Assembly (NCBI GenBank): GCA_964291655.2
Contig: OZ219802.1
Coordinates: forward strand, 1,280,001 to 1,344,000
Source of the DNA: Chloroflexota bacterium
GTDB lineage: Bacteria > Chloroflexota > UBA11872 > VXOZ01
Reading direction: 5' to 3'
Length of the DNA stretch: 64,000 bases
Part shown: piece after piece, positions 20,934 through 30,707 of the stretch
How positions within the stretch are numbered: position 1 is the stretch's first letter
How the letters are laid out: each line of letters starts with the position of its first letter
Notes under the pieces: generated by a model
Seen by the model: only the letters and a program-made list of their open reading frames with translations
The model's database searches: none
What the model was told of the DNA's origin: nothing
Program-made: the position numbers and the translations under genes

Positions 20934-21180
20934 GAGAACTTTGCATAACCCCACTTTCAAGCAGGGGCACTCCCTCTCCTGGGGGAGAGGGGTCTTTTTG
21001 CTACGATGGCCCTTTACGCTGGGCAGTGTCAAGCCGTATCAGGGCAGAATTGGTGTGCATATGTAGAGATTTCAGGAGATCCACCCTCACCCCCGTATCG
21101 AGTACGGGGCAGGCTCTAGCCCTCTCCCGTCGAGGGAGAGGGGACATCCGCGCTGTGGCGAGGGTTTATGCAAAGGTCTC
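20934..21180. mobile_element. MITE-like element (empty copy) with GAGA(A/C)CTTTGCATAA...TTATGCAAAGGTCTC ends
   Basis: Inverted termini; internal sequence colinear with 58569-60097 once IS481 is removed. Confidence 0.65.
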
Positions 21181-21326
21181 CGTCGAGGGAGAGGGAACTA
21201 TATTGCTACCGCTTGAGTTGCGCAAGGGTCTCCGGAGGGAGAGCCTTTACCCGTCAGATTCCTCAACAACGTTGGCAGGTGGCATTAACTCGCAGAACGA
21301 CATGAGAAGGTCTCTGCTGCCTTGGT

Positions 21327-22529
21327 TTACGCCTCGTGCCACAAGGGGGCAATCTTGGCCTGGTACTCTTCTTCAATGAGTGCCGCGTAATCCGGCCAGA
21401 CATCCATGAGCGCGTCGAGCCGAGCGTCGTTCATGTCGTCGTGGGGCGTAATCGCGTCAAAGAGGTTTGCGACGATTTGCGCCGCAGCAGCGTCCAGCAC
21501 GCTACCGAGCTTTGCAACAATAGGACCATCACCCGCGCCGTCGTCATCCAGCAAAGCTTTGAAGAACTGCGTGCTCAGCGCCTCGATCTCCTCACCCAAG
21601 TGCATGCGCAGCCATTCACCGTCAAAGAGGTCGGGAGAGGCGTGGCGGAAGAAGACGGCAATGCCGAAGCGCCCGCGGATTCCGGCGAGCGCCTGCAGCG
21701 CATACCGCAACCGCTGCTCACGAGCCGCCTGAGCGGGATCTTGTAGGGGCAACTGCTTACAATACTTGGCAACCATGTCGCGCAACTCGTAGACCACTTC
21801 CAAGAGCTCGTCTGCCATGGCGGCACACTCGTCGCCGGTCATCTCTACACGGTACTCGGCGTCGACTATTGCATTCAGCCTATCAAGCAGCGGTCGGGAA
21901 CCAATTACCTCAGGGAGAACCGGCAATGCCGCCGGTTTGGTTGGGACCCACGCATCACGCAGCAGGCTGCACGCCAGCTTGGCAGCCGGCAAGAACCAGT
22001 GCGACAGCGCGCCGTAAACCGGGTAGTAGGGCAGGTATTCCGGCAGCAAGTTGATGGGCGGATCGAACTGCTCTTCACGCGGGACCAGATAGATCTTGTA
22101 CTTGCCACACGCTTCATGTTGCTGCGCCTGTGTAAGTTGCGGCTCTTGCGCTGCCAGCACGTCATCTAGCTCATTCGCCGCACCACCGATCCGCTGCCAG
22201 TCGCGCACCTCACCCATCAAGGGCAGGAGTTGCTGTGCCTCAGCCGGCGAGCAAATGAATCCCGGGGGATGCTCAAGAATGCGGGCGTAGTGGGGTGCTT
22301 CTTCCAGTAGCTCCACGTACGATTCGCCACCGGCACGACTGAGCGCCAGCCAGGACTCGGCATCGGGCGCAGCCGCAACGGTTCGGAGATCATGATCGCT
22401 GAAACCTGGGGTGAGCGTGCCTAGGTGATGCTTGCAGTAGACAGCGGCGTCGAGACCCGGCACGTGCTCTGCAATGTAGCGGCCAAGTTCCGTGCCGATG
22501 TATCGGTAATCGTCGAGCGTTAGCTTCAT
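21327..22529 (-). CDS. Hypothetical protein with nucleotidyltransferase-like motif
   Basis: 400-aa ORF; LGTLTPGFSDHDL resembles the pol-beta NTase G...SDxD motif. Confidence 0.55.
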   Translation of the reverse strand: MKLTLDDYRYIGTELGRYIAEHVPGLDAAVYCKHHLGTLTPGFSDHDLRTVAAAPDAESWLALSRAGGESYVELLEEAPHYARILEHPPGFICSPAEAQQLLPLMGEVRDWQRIGGAANELDDVLAAQEPQLTQAQQHEACGKYKIYLVPREEQFDPPINLLPEYLPYYPVYGALSHWFLPAAKLACSLLRDAWVPTKPAALPVLPEVIGSRPLLDRLNAIVDAEYRVEMTGDECAAMADELLEVVYELRDMVAKYCKQLPLQDPAQAAREQRLRYALQALAGIRGRFGIAVFFRHASPDLFDGEWLRMHLGEEIEALSTQFFKALLDDDGAGDGPIVAKLGSVLDAAAAQIVANLFDAITPHDDMNDARLDALMDVWPDYAALIEEEYQAKIAPLWHEA

Positions 22530-22783
22530 GCGGTAGAGACCTCATCGCATCACGAGTACATCGCGTGGTTGGCATTATTGGATCGTCATTCCCGCGCACG
22601 CGGGAATCCATCTTTGTCTAGTTTCCAGTGCCGAATCCCTACTCGATACCGTTCTCGCTCTTGTTCGCGGCGCCCCGGAACTCCGGATTCCGCCTGAATG
22701 ACAGCCTTGCGCCAATCCCATCACTGGAAATGGGCCGACATGAGCCACGAATCAGCAGCAGCCGAATGCTGCATACCCTAGAC

Positions 22784-23824
22784 TCAAGACGCTGCCGCCG
22801 CGGGGGTCTTTGAAAACGTGAACGCCTCAAACTCGTTCTCGCAAGGATAGCCGAAGCTCACCAACAAGCTGCGTTCCCGCGCGATCATGATATAGCCCAT
22901 GATGCTCTGGGCCAGCGCGTCGTGCCGGCAGATACTGGCGGGCTCGGTGTGGGTGCGGGCAATCCGCATGAGCTGCTCCAGCGAGTGGGGCAGCTCTGCC
23001 GTCAGCCGCGCGAGCACGGTGAAGCGATCGCGGCTGTTCTGGGCGGCCGCACCGCCGTCGTTCTTGAGCACGGGCTGCATTTCGTCGGTCAAGAAGTGGT
23101 TCGTATTCCAGATGGTGTGGCCTTCCATGCGCCGCACTGCGACACGCGTGGACGACCGTTCCACTACGATGGCCGCGCCAGTCGGATCGGTCAGCATGAG
23201 GTTTATTCCGTGGTTCATGATGGGCGTGCGCGCCACCAAGTCCGCGGCCGATTCTACGTTATTGGCATACTGCAAGAGGTAGCGCAGGAACGTATTCGCG
23301 GGAATGCCGTGCTCCCAGTCGCTGTCGTTATTAGGAATGCTGCTGCCGCCGTAGGTGAGGCCCGCCTCGTTCACGCCCGCGTTCAGCCACGTGGTGCCGG
23401 CGTAGTTCACGCCAACAGAAGCAAGCCCCTTGTCCGGGTGAGTCTCCTGTAAAACGTGGAACTGCTTCATGTCGGCGTCCACGTCGTTGGACTTGAAATG
23501 GATGGTGCCCTGGGGTGTATCGGCCAACGCCACGTTCGTGCACTCCACGCGGGAGCGCCCGATCTCCTGGCAGGCGTTATAGGCGAGGAGATCGTCGTAG
23601 TTCACGTTGGCGGCGTCCGCTATGGCGTGAAGTTCCTCTAAGGACTCAGGGAAGACTCTGTCCAGGTTGCGCTCAACCTGCCGCAGCACCCGCCTGCCGT
23701 GGGCATTGTTCCAACCGCGATCCAGCGCGAACCGTTTCACCGCCACGGGAATGATATCCACAAACGCCGCGCCATGCTGAAGTCCCATTTCGTGGGGGGT
23801 GCCTGACTGAACCACTTGCCGCAT
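22784..23824 (-). CDS. C45 family autoproteolytic acyltransferase/peptidase (Ntn hydrolase)
   Basis: GTPHEMGLQHG, ECT nucleophile, GVNEAGL, TNHF, SRDR. Confidence 0.88.
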   Translation of the reverse strand: MRQVVQSGTPHEMGLQHGAAFVDIIPVAVKRFALDRGWNNAHGRRVLRQVERNLDRVFPESLEELHAIADAANVNYDDLLAYNACQEIGRSRVECTNVALADTPQGTIHFKSNDVDADMKQFHVLQETHPDKGLASVGVNYAGTTWLNAGVNEAGLTYGGSSIPNNDSDWEHGIPANTFLRYLLQYANNVESAADLVARTPIMNHGINLMLTDPTGAAIVVERSSTRVAVRRMEGHTIWNTNHFLTDEMQPVLKNDGGAAAQNSRDRFTVLARLTAELPHSLEQLMRIARTHTEPASICRHDALAQSIMGYIMIARERSLLVSFGYPCENEFEAFTFSKTPAAAAS

Positions 23825-23901
23825 GGGAATATCCTCCTGTCTGCAATAGTCCTGTGTCGCCTACAACACGTAGCTTTCGCCAATCGCCGGAGCCGATCCG
23901 G

Positions 23902-24786
23902 CTAATTGCGTATCCCTTCCACCGCCGCGTACACGCTGCCGATAGTACCGCCGATAACCTCGTAACCCTCTTCCGCGGCAATCGTGTTGATTTCATCCAC
24001 GATGGCATCGAGCGCCAACCGTTTTTCGCCGGTGGTGTCGCCGTAGAAGTGCGTATTGTGGGTGAAGGGCATGATGATCTTGGGCAATCTGTCGTCATAC
24101 TCTGCCATGTCGGCCCAGGCTTGGCGAATGGTCTGCCGGTGGGACTCGCCGTCGGCGCCCTCAATGCGGAGTTCCATGGGCAGATGCGGCGCGCGCCGCC
24201 GTACCTGGTCGCAGGTCAGCGGTATTTCATAAAAGTCGAGGTCGCCGGGAAAGAGGCGGTTTGCCTTGTGCGCGTAATGCGCATAGGGCACGGCGCCCTG
24301 CCACACGGCCTTGGCTTGGTCGTACTGGCGGCCTGGCGATGACACGCTACCGTGGGTGAATCCCGTGGCGACAAGCGCGGGGTACGTATTGTCGTTGGCG
24401 GAAAAGTTGCCGCCCCGGAACGTTGTCGGCCGCTTGCCGATGGCGTCCGCCCACTGGTCGGCTACCGTATCGAACATAGTCACTTGTTCCTCAAACGTGT
24501 GACCGCCGAGATAGTCCGTGTACCCGAGGCCGGTATCCTGCGGATGGATGTGGAGGCCGAGTTCGAAGCCGCGCTTTTCCAGGTCCCAGTAAAGCGCGGG
24601 CTGCGCTGCCGCCGTTTGCGCCACGATGAAAAACGTCGCGCTCAGGCCGTATTCTTCCAAGGTGTCAGCTAGCCCCGCGACTGACCGCTCGCTGACGCCC
24701 CACTCCTCCGGCCCGCCGTGGAGGGAGTCGTCCATGAGCTGCTCGCAGTCCTGCGTGAAGGTAACATAGAGCGGTTTACCGGCCAT
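23902..24786 (-). CDS. Polysaccharide deacetylase/NodB-like family protein
   Basis: TFTQDCE, ATFF, ELGLHIHP, FRGG. Confidence 0.8.
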   Translation of the reverse strand: MAGKPLYVTFTQDCEQLMDDSLHGGPEEWGVSERSVAGLADTLEEYGLSATFFIVAQTAAAQPALYWDLEKRGFELGLHIHPQDTGLGYTDYLGGHTFEEQVTMFDTVADQWADAIGKRPTTFRGGNFSANDNTYPALVATGFTHGSVSSPGRQYDQAKAVWQGAVPYAHYAHKANRLFPGDLDFYEIPLTCDQVRRRAPHLPMELRIEGADGESHRQTIRQAWADMAEYDDRLPKIIMPFTHNTHFYGDTTGEKRLALDAIVDEINTIAAEEGYEVIGGTIGSVYAAVEGIRN

Positions 24787-25059
24787 GAATCTCGATCCTT
24801 TGCATCTCTAGCTCATTCTTCTCTCGCACAGACTAGAATTCGGAATCTAGCGCTAGAAGTCTTGCCAGCACGTCATTTGCATTGTCTTCCATTTGGCTAA
24901 ATCCAGTCGGACGAGCAAGCGTTCGGTGACGTCCATTTGCGGCAAGAGCCGGAATCCATCTTCTCTGCATTCCAAGATTCCGGTTTGCGCCGAACTCCTT
25001 CTTCGCAGCACACCTGGACTCCGGCTTTCGCCGGAGTGACAGATTCACCTTCAGTCTCT

Positions 25060-25447
25060 TCCCCAACTTCCTGCAGTGGCGGGACACAGGGCCCCGCGCT
25101 ACATTCCCCGGGCCGCGCCTCCGGTTCCCTCTCCTGGGGGAGAGGGTTAGAGCCTGCCCCGTACTTGATACGGGGGTGAGAGGAACGCCCATATCCTAGT
25201 TTGCTGACTTGCCAGCGCTACCCCACACCCCTGCCTTGCTTCCCATTTCGCCCTCTAAGCCGGCGGGGCACAAGGCCCCGCGCTACATTCCCCAGGCTGC
25301 GCCTCCGGTTCCCTCTCCTGGGGGAGAGGGTTAGGGTGAGGGGAACTCCAATGTTCTGGAACGCTGAGACCCGAGTCCTCAGATCTTGCTTCCCAGCTTC
25401 CTCTTTGCGCCCTATAAGGCGGCGGGGCACAAGGCCCCGCGCTACTA
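25060..25447. repeat. Duplicated REP composite (CCCTCTCCTGGGGGAGAGGG and GCGGGGCACAAGGCCCCGCGCTAC)
   Basis: Direct repeat of ~70 bp at ~25080 and ~25262 plus extra palindromes. Confidence 0.75.
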
Positions 25448-25511
25448 AGTCCGGCCCGTCGCTGGGGCCTCATCCGAACGGCCCCGGCATGCCGAAGTCG
25501 CTGACCGATAG

Positions 25512-26624
25512 CTAACAGCACTTCTCCTCCTGCGCCATGCGGTCCACGTCCACCATCACGTCGGTGAGCAAGTCCACGTCCACCTCGTACCACAGGCCGA
25601 AGGTGCTCTTGCCGCCCGGCCCCAGGATTTCTTCCGCAATCTCGCGCACCAGGCTGCGGTTCGCATTCTGCACGCCGAAATCGGCAAACGTCGAGGGCAG
25701 GTTGACCGACTGGTTGAAGCGGATCAGCTTACGCACCTCGGCTTCGCCCTGCTGCATCAGCGCCACCGCGACCAGAACGCCAAATGCCACCTCTTCGCCG
25801 TGCACCCTCTCAATGGTGGCGTGTTTCGATTTGCCGGGATGCACACCGTGCTCTCCGCCAACCCCGCCGCACGCCGGTCCAGCCACACCGCCGCCGTAGA
25901 CAATCGCTTCTACGACCTTATCAACTGCTTCTGTGGCCACGCCGCGCTCGCACGCGTGGTACGCCGATGCGCCGTGCTCGAGAATCGTGTCGTAGGTCCA
26001 TTCGGCAATGGCGACGGCCGCGCCGGTGGGAAAGACATTATCGAAGCCGAGAATGCGTTCAGTACCGCTGCGCAGGCGCAGCTCGCGCCCGATGCGGCCG
26101 CCCGTCCACGTGGGCAACGCATCGGCCATACCGGCTGCCAGCCAGCGGCCGCCGCCTTGGGCGATGATGCGGGTGTCGGCAATCACGGTATGCGGCCCGA
26201 CGTACCACACGTTGCGGTCGGCGTCGCCTTCGATACTAGCGCTAAACGTGGCTGTCGCGTTGGTGGAAGCGACGGTCGGCACACTGATAAGCCACGCGCC
26301 CATCTCGTGGGCGATGGCCTTAGCTGCGTCCACTACACGCCCGCCGCCGGCAGCAATAACGACGTCTGCCCCGAGCTCCTTGCCCTTTGACACGAGGGCA
26401 TCCACTTCCGGGCGCTTCTTGTCGACGTGGCTGCCGTGCTCGATGTGGTACGAGATACCATGTTCGTCGAGCGCGCCGGTAACGGTATCTTTGATTGCCG
26501 CCATGGCCCGGCCGCCGCCAACGATCAGCGCTTTGCTTCCCAGCGCCGCCGCATGCGCGCCAACATCGCTAACAATTCCCGGCCCTACCACAAATCGCAG
26601 CGGGTGAACGATCGCTTTCTTCAT
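25512..26624 (-). CDS. Glycerol dehydrogenase-like / iron-containing alcohol dehydrogenase
   Basis: GGGRVVDAAKA, VPTVAST, AGMADAL, HGEEVAFG. Confidence 0.85.
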   Translation of the reverse strand: MKKAIVHPLRFVVGPGIVSDVGAHAAALGSKALIVGGGRAMAAIKDTVTGALDEHGISYHIEHGSHVDKKRPEVDALVSKGKELGADVVIAAGGGRVVDAAKAIAHEMGAWLISVPTVASTNATATFSASIEGDADRNVWYVGPHTVIADTRIIAQGGGRWLAAGMADALPTWTGGRIGRELRLRSGTERILGFDNVFPTGAAVAIAEWTYDTILEHGASAYHACERGVATEAVDKVVEAIVYGGGVAGPACGGVGGEHGVHPGKSKHATIERVHGEEVAFGVLVAVALMQQGEAEVRKLIRFNQSVNLPSTFADFGVQNANRSLVREIAEEILGPGGKSTFGLWYEVDVDLLTDVMVDVDRMAQEEKCC

Positions 26625-26753
26625 GCCAGCTAATTCCCCTAGTCGATTAAGATTCAACCTATTCTCATCTCTGCTTCCACATCTGCAACAGGATCTTGGT
26701 AACAATACTCCGTAGCGAGACTGCGCTAGATCTCCTGATTCAACCTGGAAGCC

Positions 26754-27158
26754 TCAATTCTCTTCGCCTTCCTCCTCGTCCCAATGATATGACGCATCGT
26801 CCTCAAGTTCGTCCACGGCTGCCCAGTCTTCCCATTGTTCACCGGAACCATGCACTTCTTGCAGTTCCGCTCCTATCTCGGCCTCATCCTCTTCCCAACC
26901 CCATTCATGTGGAGATGCGTCTTGCCAGGCAGCAAACGCTACTGCGCCTGCAATCTCATCTTCATATTCGTCCCAATCATTCTCTCCACCGTCCTCATCG
27001 GCAACCTCGTTTGCCCCGGCGTCTTCAAGAGCTCCTTGCTCTGCATTGGGAGTGCTCTTGTCCTGTATCTCGCCATTAAGTGAACCAGGACAGTATTCTT
27101 GTGCATCTCCTTTAGCAAGAGGTACAAACGAGATTTTACCGAGAATCCTTCGCAGCAT
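26754..27158 (-). CDS. Small highly acidic hypothetical protein
   Basis: 134-aa ORF in a lower-GC intergenic stretch; D/E/W-rich; no known motif. Confidence 0.4.
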   Translation of the reverse strand: MLRRILGKISFVPLAKGDAQEYCPGSLNGEIQDKSTPNAEQGALEDAGANEVADEDGGENDWDEYEDEIAGAVAFAAWQDASPHEWGWEEDEAEIGAELQEVHGSGEQWEDWAAVDELEDDASYHWDEEEGEEN

Positions 27159-27361
27159 GTAGCTTTAACCAGGCGTGCCAGGCGAGCCTGCCGCAATGCC
27201 GACTTTGCCAGCCATCAAGTTCAATCTTGAATGCACCCTACACCGGAGGGACATAGCCACAGAGGCACTCAACGCCAGCAGCCCCACCCAGCACACAATA
27301 GCTGAGATAGTCTGCCTTTAGACCATCTTCAGCCTTGATTGGCAAACAGCGACTCTAGGTC

Positions 27362-28579
27362 CTATCCCACCGCCACCGGCAAGCGCATATCCGCCGCCAC
27401 CGTATTCATGCTCTCCTTGATGGCCGCAGCCACGTAGCGCAGGTCCTCGTCGGTCATGAGCGGATGGATGGCGGGGCAGAAGAGCCGCCGGCCGGCATCG
27501 GTGGAGACCGGCACGTCTTCCGGACTGTGCCCCATCCTCACCATATATCCGACGTAGTCTGGCAGTGAAGCGTTCATGATCCAGGTACCCACGCCGTGCT
27601 CGCCGATGAGGCGGTCTGCAAACTTGTCCCGCGGATCGCCGGCCCAGTCCTCTTCCAGCATGAGCGTGTAGCCGTACCAGACGTGGTGGTAGCCCTCGGG
27701 TTCGATGGGCAGGATCAGGCCGGGAATATCCTCTATCAGTTCGACAAAGTCAGCCACGCGCTGCCTTCGCGCATCATTCATTTCGTCGAGGCGTGTGACT
27801 TGAATGGAACCGGCCACCGCTTGCAGCTTCGTCATGCGGAAGTTGGTGCCCCAGCCATCCAGCGCGCTGCCAAACGAGCGCATGCTATTCACGAACGCGG
27901 CGTAATCGTCATCGTCCGTGGTGACCATGCCGCCTTCGCCCAGGGTAGTCATGTTCTTGCTGGTCTGGAAGCTGAAGATGTTCATGGCGCCTTTCTTGCC
28001 GACCTTGGTACCCTTATACCCGGCGCCGACGGCGCGGGCAGCGTCGCAAAGCACAGGCGGCGGGCCGTGAACGGGATGCGGGTGCCGCTGTGCGACGTCT
28101 TCCAGGGCGTCCACGTCGGCGGATAGACCGTTGTTGTGCACGGCCAGGATCGCGCGGGTATTCGGCGTCATGCAGCGCTCGACGTCGTTCGAATCGATGT
28201 TGAACGTGGCCGGGTCGATCTCCGCCAGCACTACCTTGGCGCCGACGCCCATCACGCAAAGGGACGTGGCCTTGAACGTGATGCCCGGCACGATGACCTC
28301 GTCTTCGGGGCCGAGTTGGAGGGCATGGATTGCCGCGTCCAAGCCGGTGCCGCAGGAGTTCACGGCAAGGGCATGCTTGACGTCGCAATACTCAGCGAAT
28401 GCTTCCTCAAACTGCGCGACCTCCGGGCCGTGAAAGCCGATGCGCCAGTCCATGCTCTCCTGCAGGCTGGCGTTGATGGCGTCTACCTCTGCTTGGGTGT
28501 ACCACCCGCCGAGAGTCGGAAACGGAAACTGCCGCTTACCGTGCTCCAGCAAGTCTCGTTCGTCTTTTGTCAATTCCAT
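27362..28579 (-). CDS. DegT/DnrJ/EryC1/StrS family PLP aminotransferase
   Basis: FEEAFA, VNSCGTGL, DAAR, FSFQTSKNMTTLGEGG. Confidence 0.92.
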   Translation of the reverse strand: MELTKDERDLLEHGKRQFPFPTLGGWYTQAEVDAINASLQESMDWRIGFHGPEVAQFEEAFAEYCDVKHALAVNSCGTGLDAAIHALQLGPEDEVIVPGITFKATSLCVMGVGAKVVLAEIDPATFNIDSNDVERCMTPNTRAILAVHNNGLSADVDALEDVAQRHPHPVHGPPPVLCDAARAVGAGYKGTKVGKKGAMNIFSFQTSKNMTTLGEGGMVTTDDDDYAAFVNSMRSFGSALDGWGTNFRMTKLQAVAGSIQVTRLDEMNDARRQRVADFVELIEDIPGLILPIEPEGYHHVWYGYTLMLEEDWAGDPRDKFADRLIGEHGVGTWIMNASLPDYVGYMVRMGHSPEDVPVSTDAGRRLFCPAIHPLMTDEDLRYVAAAIKESMNTVAADMRLPVAVG

Positions 28580-28696
28580 CGCAAACTCCTCATTGATGCT
28601 TACTACTCGGTGGTAGGTAACTCACTACCACACATTAGTTTGGACCTTCAATCTACTCAAGCGCGTGAGATAGAGCGGCGCATTGAAGAGTCGCCC

Positions 28697-30454
28697 TCAC
28701 CCTAACCCTCTCCCCCAGGAGAGGGAACCGGATCTGCTCAACGCGCTAGGCACTGAACTCCTCTCCAACACTCCAATGAGAGGGGACCGAATCTGCTCCT
28801 CGTACGCTTGGCTCCGCAATCTGCCCCCTCTCCCAGGAGAGGGAACCGGGCCTGCTCCGCATGCTCTTGGCTCCGTTTTCTGCACCCTCTCCCTGGGAGG
28901 CTGTCTCAATATTTTGGTGCGGGGCACGGTGAATGGGGTGAGAAGGACAGACAGATGGCGGGTGGTATGAACAAGACGGTGCCAGTGAGAGACTCGTCCC
29001 CGGGGCGACGCTGGACTACACCCAGACCGCCACAGGGCGTGGAGGCTCTTGAGATTGAACGCGGTGGCCAGCAGGTGCCATTCGGACGTCACGTGGCTGC
29101 GGCCTCTGAGCAGGAAGCGCCTGGCACTGTGCCACTCCTTGAGCAGGCCAAAGACCGGCTCGACGATGGTACTCCGGCGGCGGTACACCTGCTTGGCAGG
29201 CGCGGTGGCCATCAACTGCCTGTGCCGTTGCAGTATTGGCTCGTAGGCGCTGATCTTTATGGAGCGGCCCCTCTGGGAGGAGGTGCAGACGCCGAAGGCC
29301 GGACAGGTTCTGCAGTCCCGGCCGTTGGCTTGGTACCGCTTGACCCGGTAGCCGTTGCTGTGGGTCAAGCGGTGCGTGTAGGTGAGCACCTTTTGCTGGG
29401 GACACAGGTAGGTGTCGGTCTCTGGACGGTAGGTGAAGTGGTCTTTATGGTAGGGGTTGCGGCGTCTGCGCTCGTGGGTCGTGGGCATCAATACCGTGTG
29501 GCCGCCGGCGTGGCACGTGGCGAGGTTGGCCCCCGAATGGTAGCCGGCGTCCGCAACGGTCACCACGTCCCGCGCGGCGTCGATGTTCTCCTGCGCCGCC
29601 TCGATCAGCGGCGCCAGGTGGGGATGGTCGTCGGCACTGGCGCTCACGTCCACGGCTGTGATCAACCTCCCCCCTGCGCCCTCGTCCGGGGACGCAAGAG
29701 GGGAGACCAGCGCCTGGGCGTTGTAGCCGGTGATGAAGCCACCCATGCCAGTCTTGAGCAGGGCCGCGTCCGCATCAGTCAGGTTCGTGTAGCGCGGCCC
29801 GTCCTCAGCCGCGACGCGGGCGAGCGCGTCGTCCACCCGCCGCCGCAGGGCCTGGGCATCGGCAAGTTCCTGCGGCAAAGTCGCTGGCGGCGCGTCGCCC
29901 CCCGTGGCGTTCTGCGCCTCCAGGTCCGCGATCGCTTGCTCGGTGCGGGACAACAGCCGCTGCAGCCCCTGCGCGTCGTGGGTATGCCGCGTCCCGGCGT
30001 TGGCCGCGATCCTGGTGCCGTCCACCGCCTGGATTGCCAACTCCACCAGGCCGGCTCGCACCGCCGTGCGCACCGTGCGCTTGAGCAGCATCCGCATCCG
30101 GTCGCGGTGCGCCTTGTAGAAGCGCCACAGCGTGTTGTGGTCCGGCTGCTGCATCCCCACCAGCCACAGGTACGGTACCTGATCCCGGCAGGCTGCCTCC
30201 AGCTTGCGGCTCGAGCGCACGCCGGTCATGAAGCCGTAGACCCATACGCCCAGCAGCGCGCGCGGATGGTAGGCCCCGGCGCCACGCGGATCGCCTTGCA
30301 GGTCAATCTCCATCGCCTCCCAGGCCGCAGCATCGAGGCTGTCCACGAACGCTGCCGCAAACCTGACAGGATGGTCGTCCGGGATCAGTTCGTCCAGCGT
30401 CGGCGGCAACAGCCAGGCCTGTTCACGACTAAACGGTCTCAACGGCATCGTCAC
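28697..30454 (-). CDS. IS1182-family DDE transposase (ORF runs past the element end)
   Basis: REQAWLLPP..DHPVR (DUF772), PDHNTL, VDGT, GYNAQ, ADAGY, zinc finger, RSTIVEPVFG. Confidence 0.92.
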   Translation of the reverse strand: MTMPLRPFSREQAWLLPPTLDELIPDDHPVRFAAAFVDSLDAAAWEAMEIDLQGDPRGAGAYHPRALLGVWVYGFMTGVRSSRKLEAACRDQVPYLWLVGMQQPDHNTLWRFYKAHRDRMRMLLKRTVRTAVRAGLVELAIQAVDGTRIAANAGTRHTHDAQGLQRLLSRTEQAIADLEAQNATGGDAPPATLPQELADAQALRRRVDDALARVAAEDGPRYTNLTDADAALLKTGMGGFITGYNAQALVSPLASPDEGAGGRLITAVDVSASADDHPHLAPLIEAAQENIDAARDVVTVADAGYHSGANLATCHAGGHTVLMPTTHERRRRNPYHKDHFTYRPETDTYLCPQQKVLTYTHRLTHSNGYRVKRYQANGRDCRTCPAFGVCTSSQRGRSIKISAYEPILQRHRQLMATAPAKQVYRRRSTIVEPVFGLLKEWHSARRFLLRGRSHVTSEWHLLATAFNLKSLHALWRSGCSPASPRGRVSHWHRLVHTTRHLSVLLTPFTVPRTKILRQPPRERVQKTEPRACGAGPVPSPGRGGRLRSQAYEEQIRSPLIGVLERSSVPSALSRSGSLSWGRGLG

Positions 30455-30540
30455 TACCTCTCTACAAACTATCCCACCACCTCACCTTGCTTCTCTTCAC
30501 ACCAGTATATATCCAGTAGATCTATTTTTGAGACACCCTC
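28897..30540 (-). mobile_element. IS1182-family insertion sequence
   Basis: IRs GAGGCTGTCTCAA / TTGAGACACCCTC (1 mismatch in 13); 4-bp direct repeat CTGG at 28893-28896 and 30541-30544. Confidence 0.9.
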
Positions 30541-30707
30541 CTGGGGAGAGGGCCGGGGTGAGGGGGAAGCGTCGCCTATCCAACCCAATGCAACTATCTG
30601 GCGGGGCTACGCAAAGGCCTCCTCTAAGGAAAAGGGGATTTCACGCCACCAACAGCGGCTCTTAGGATTTCTCAGCGCCAGACTCTTATTCTGCATTGAC
30701 GAGTCTA

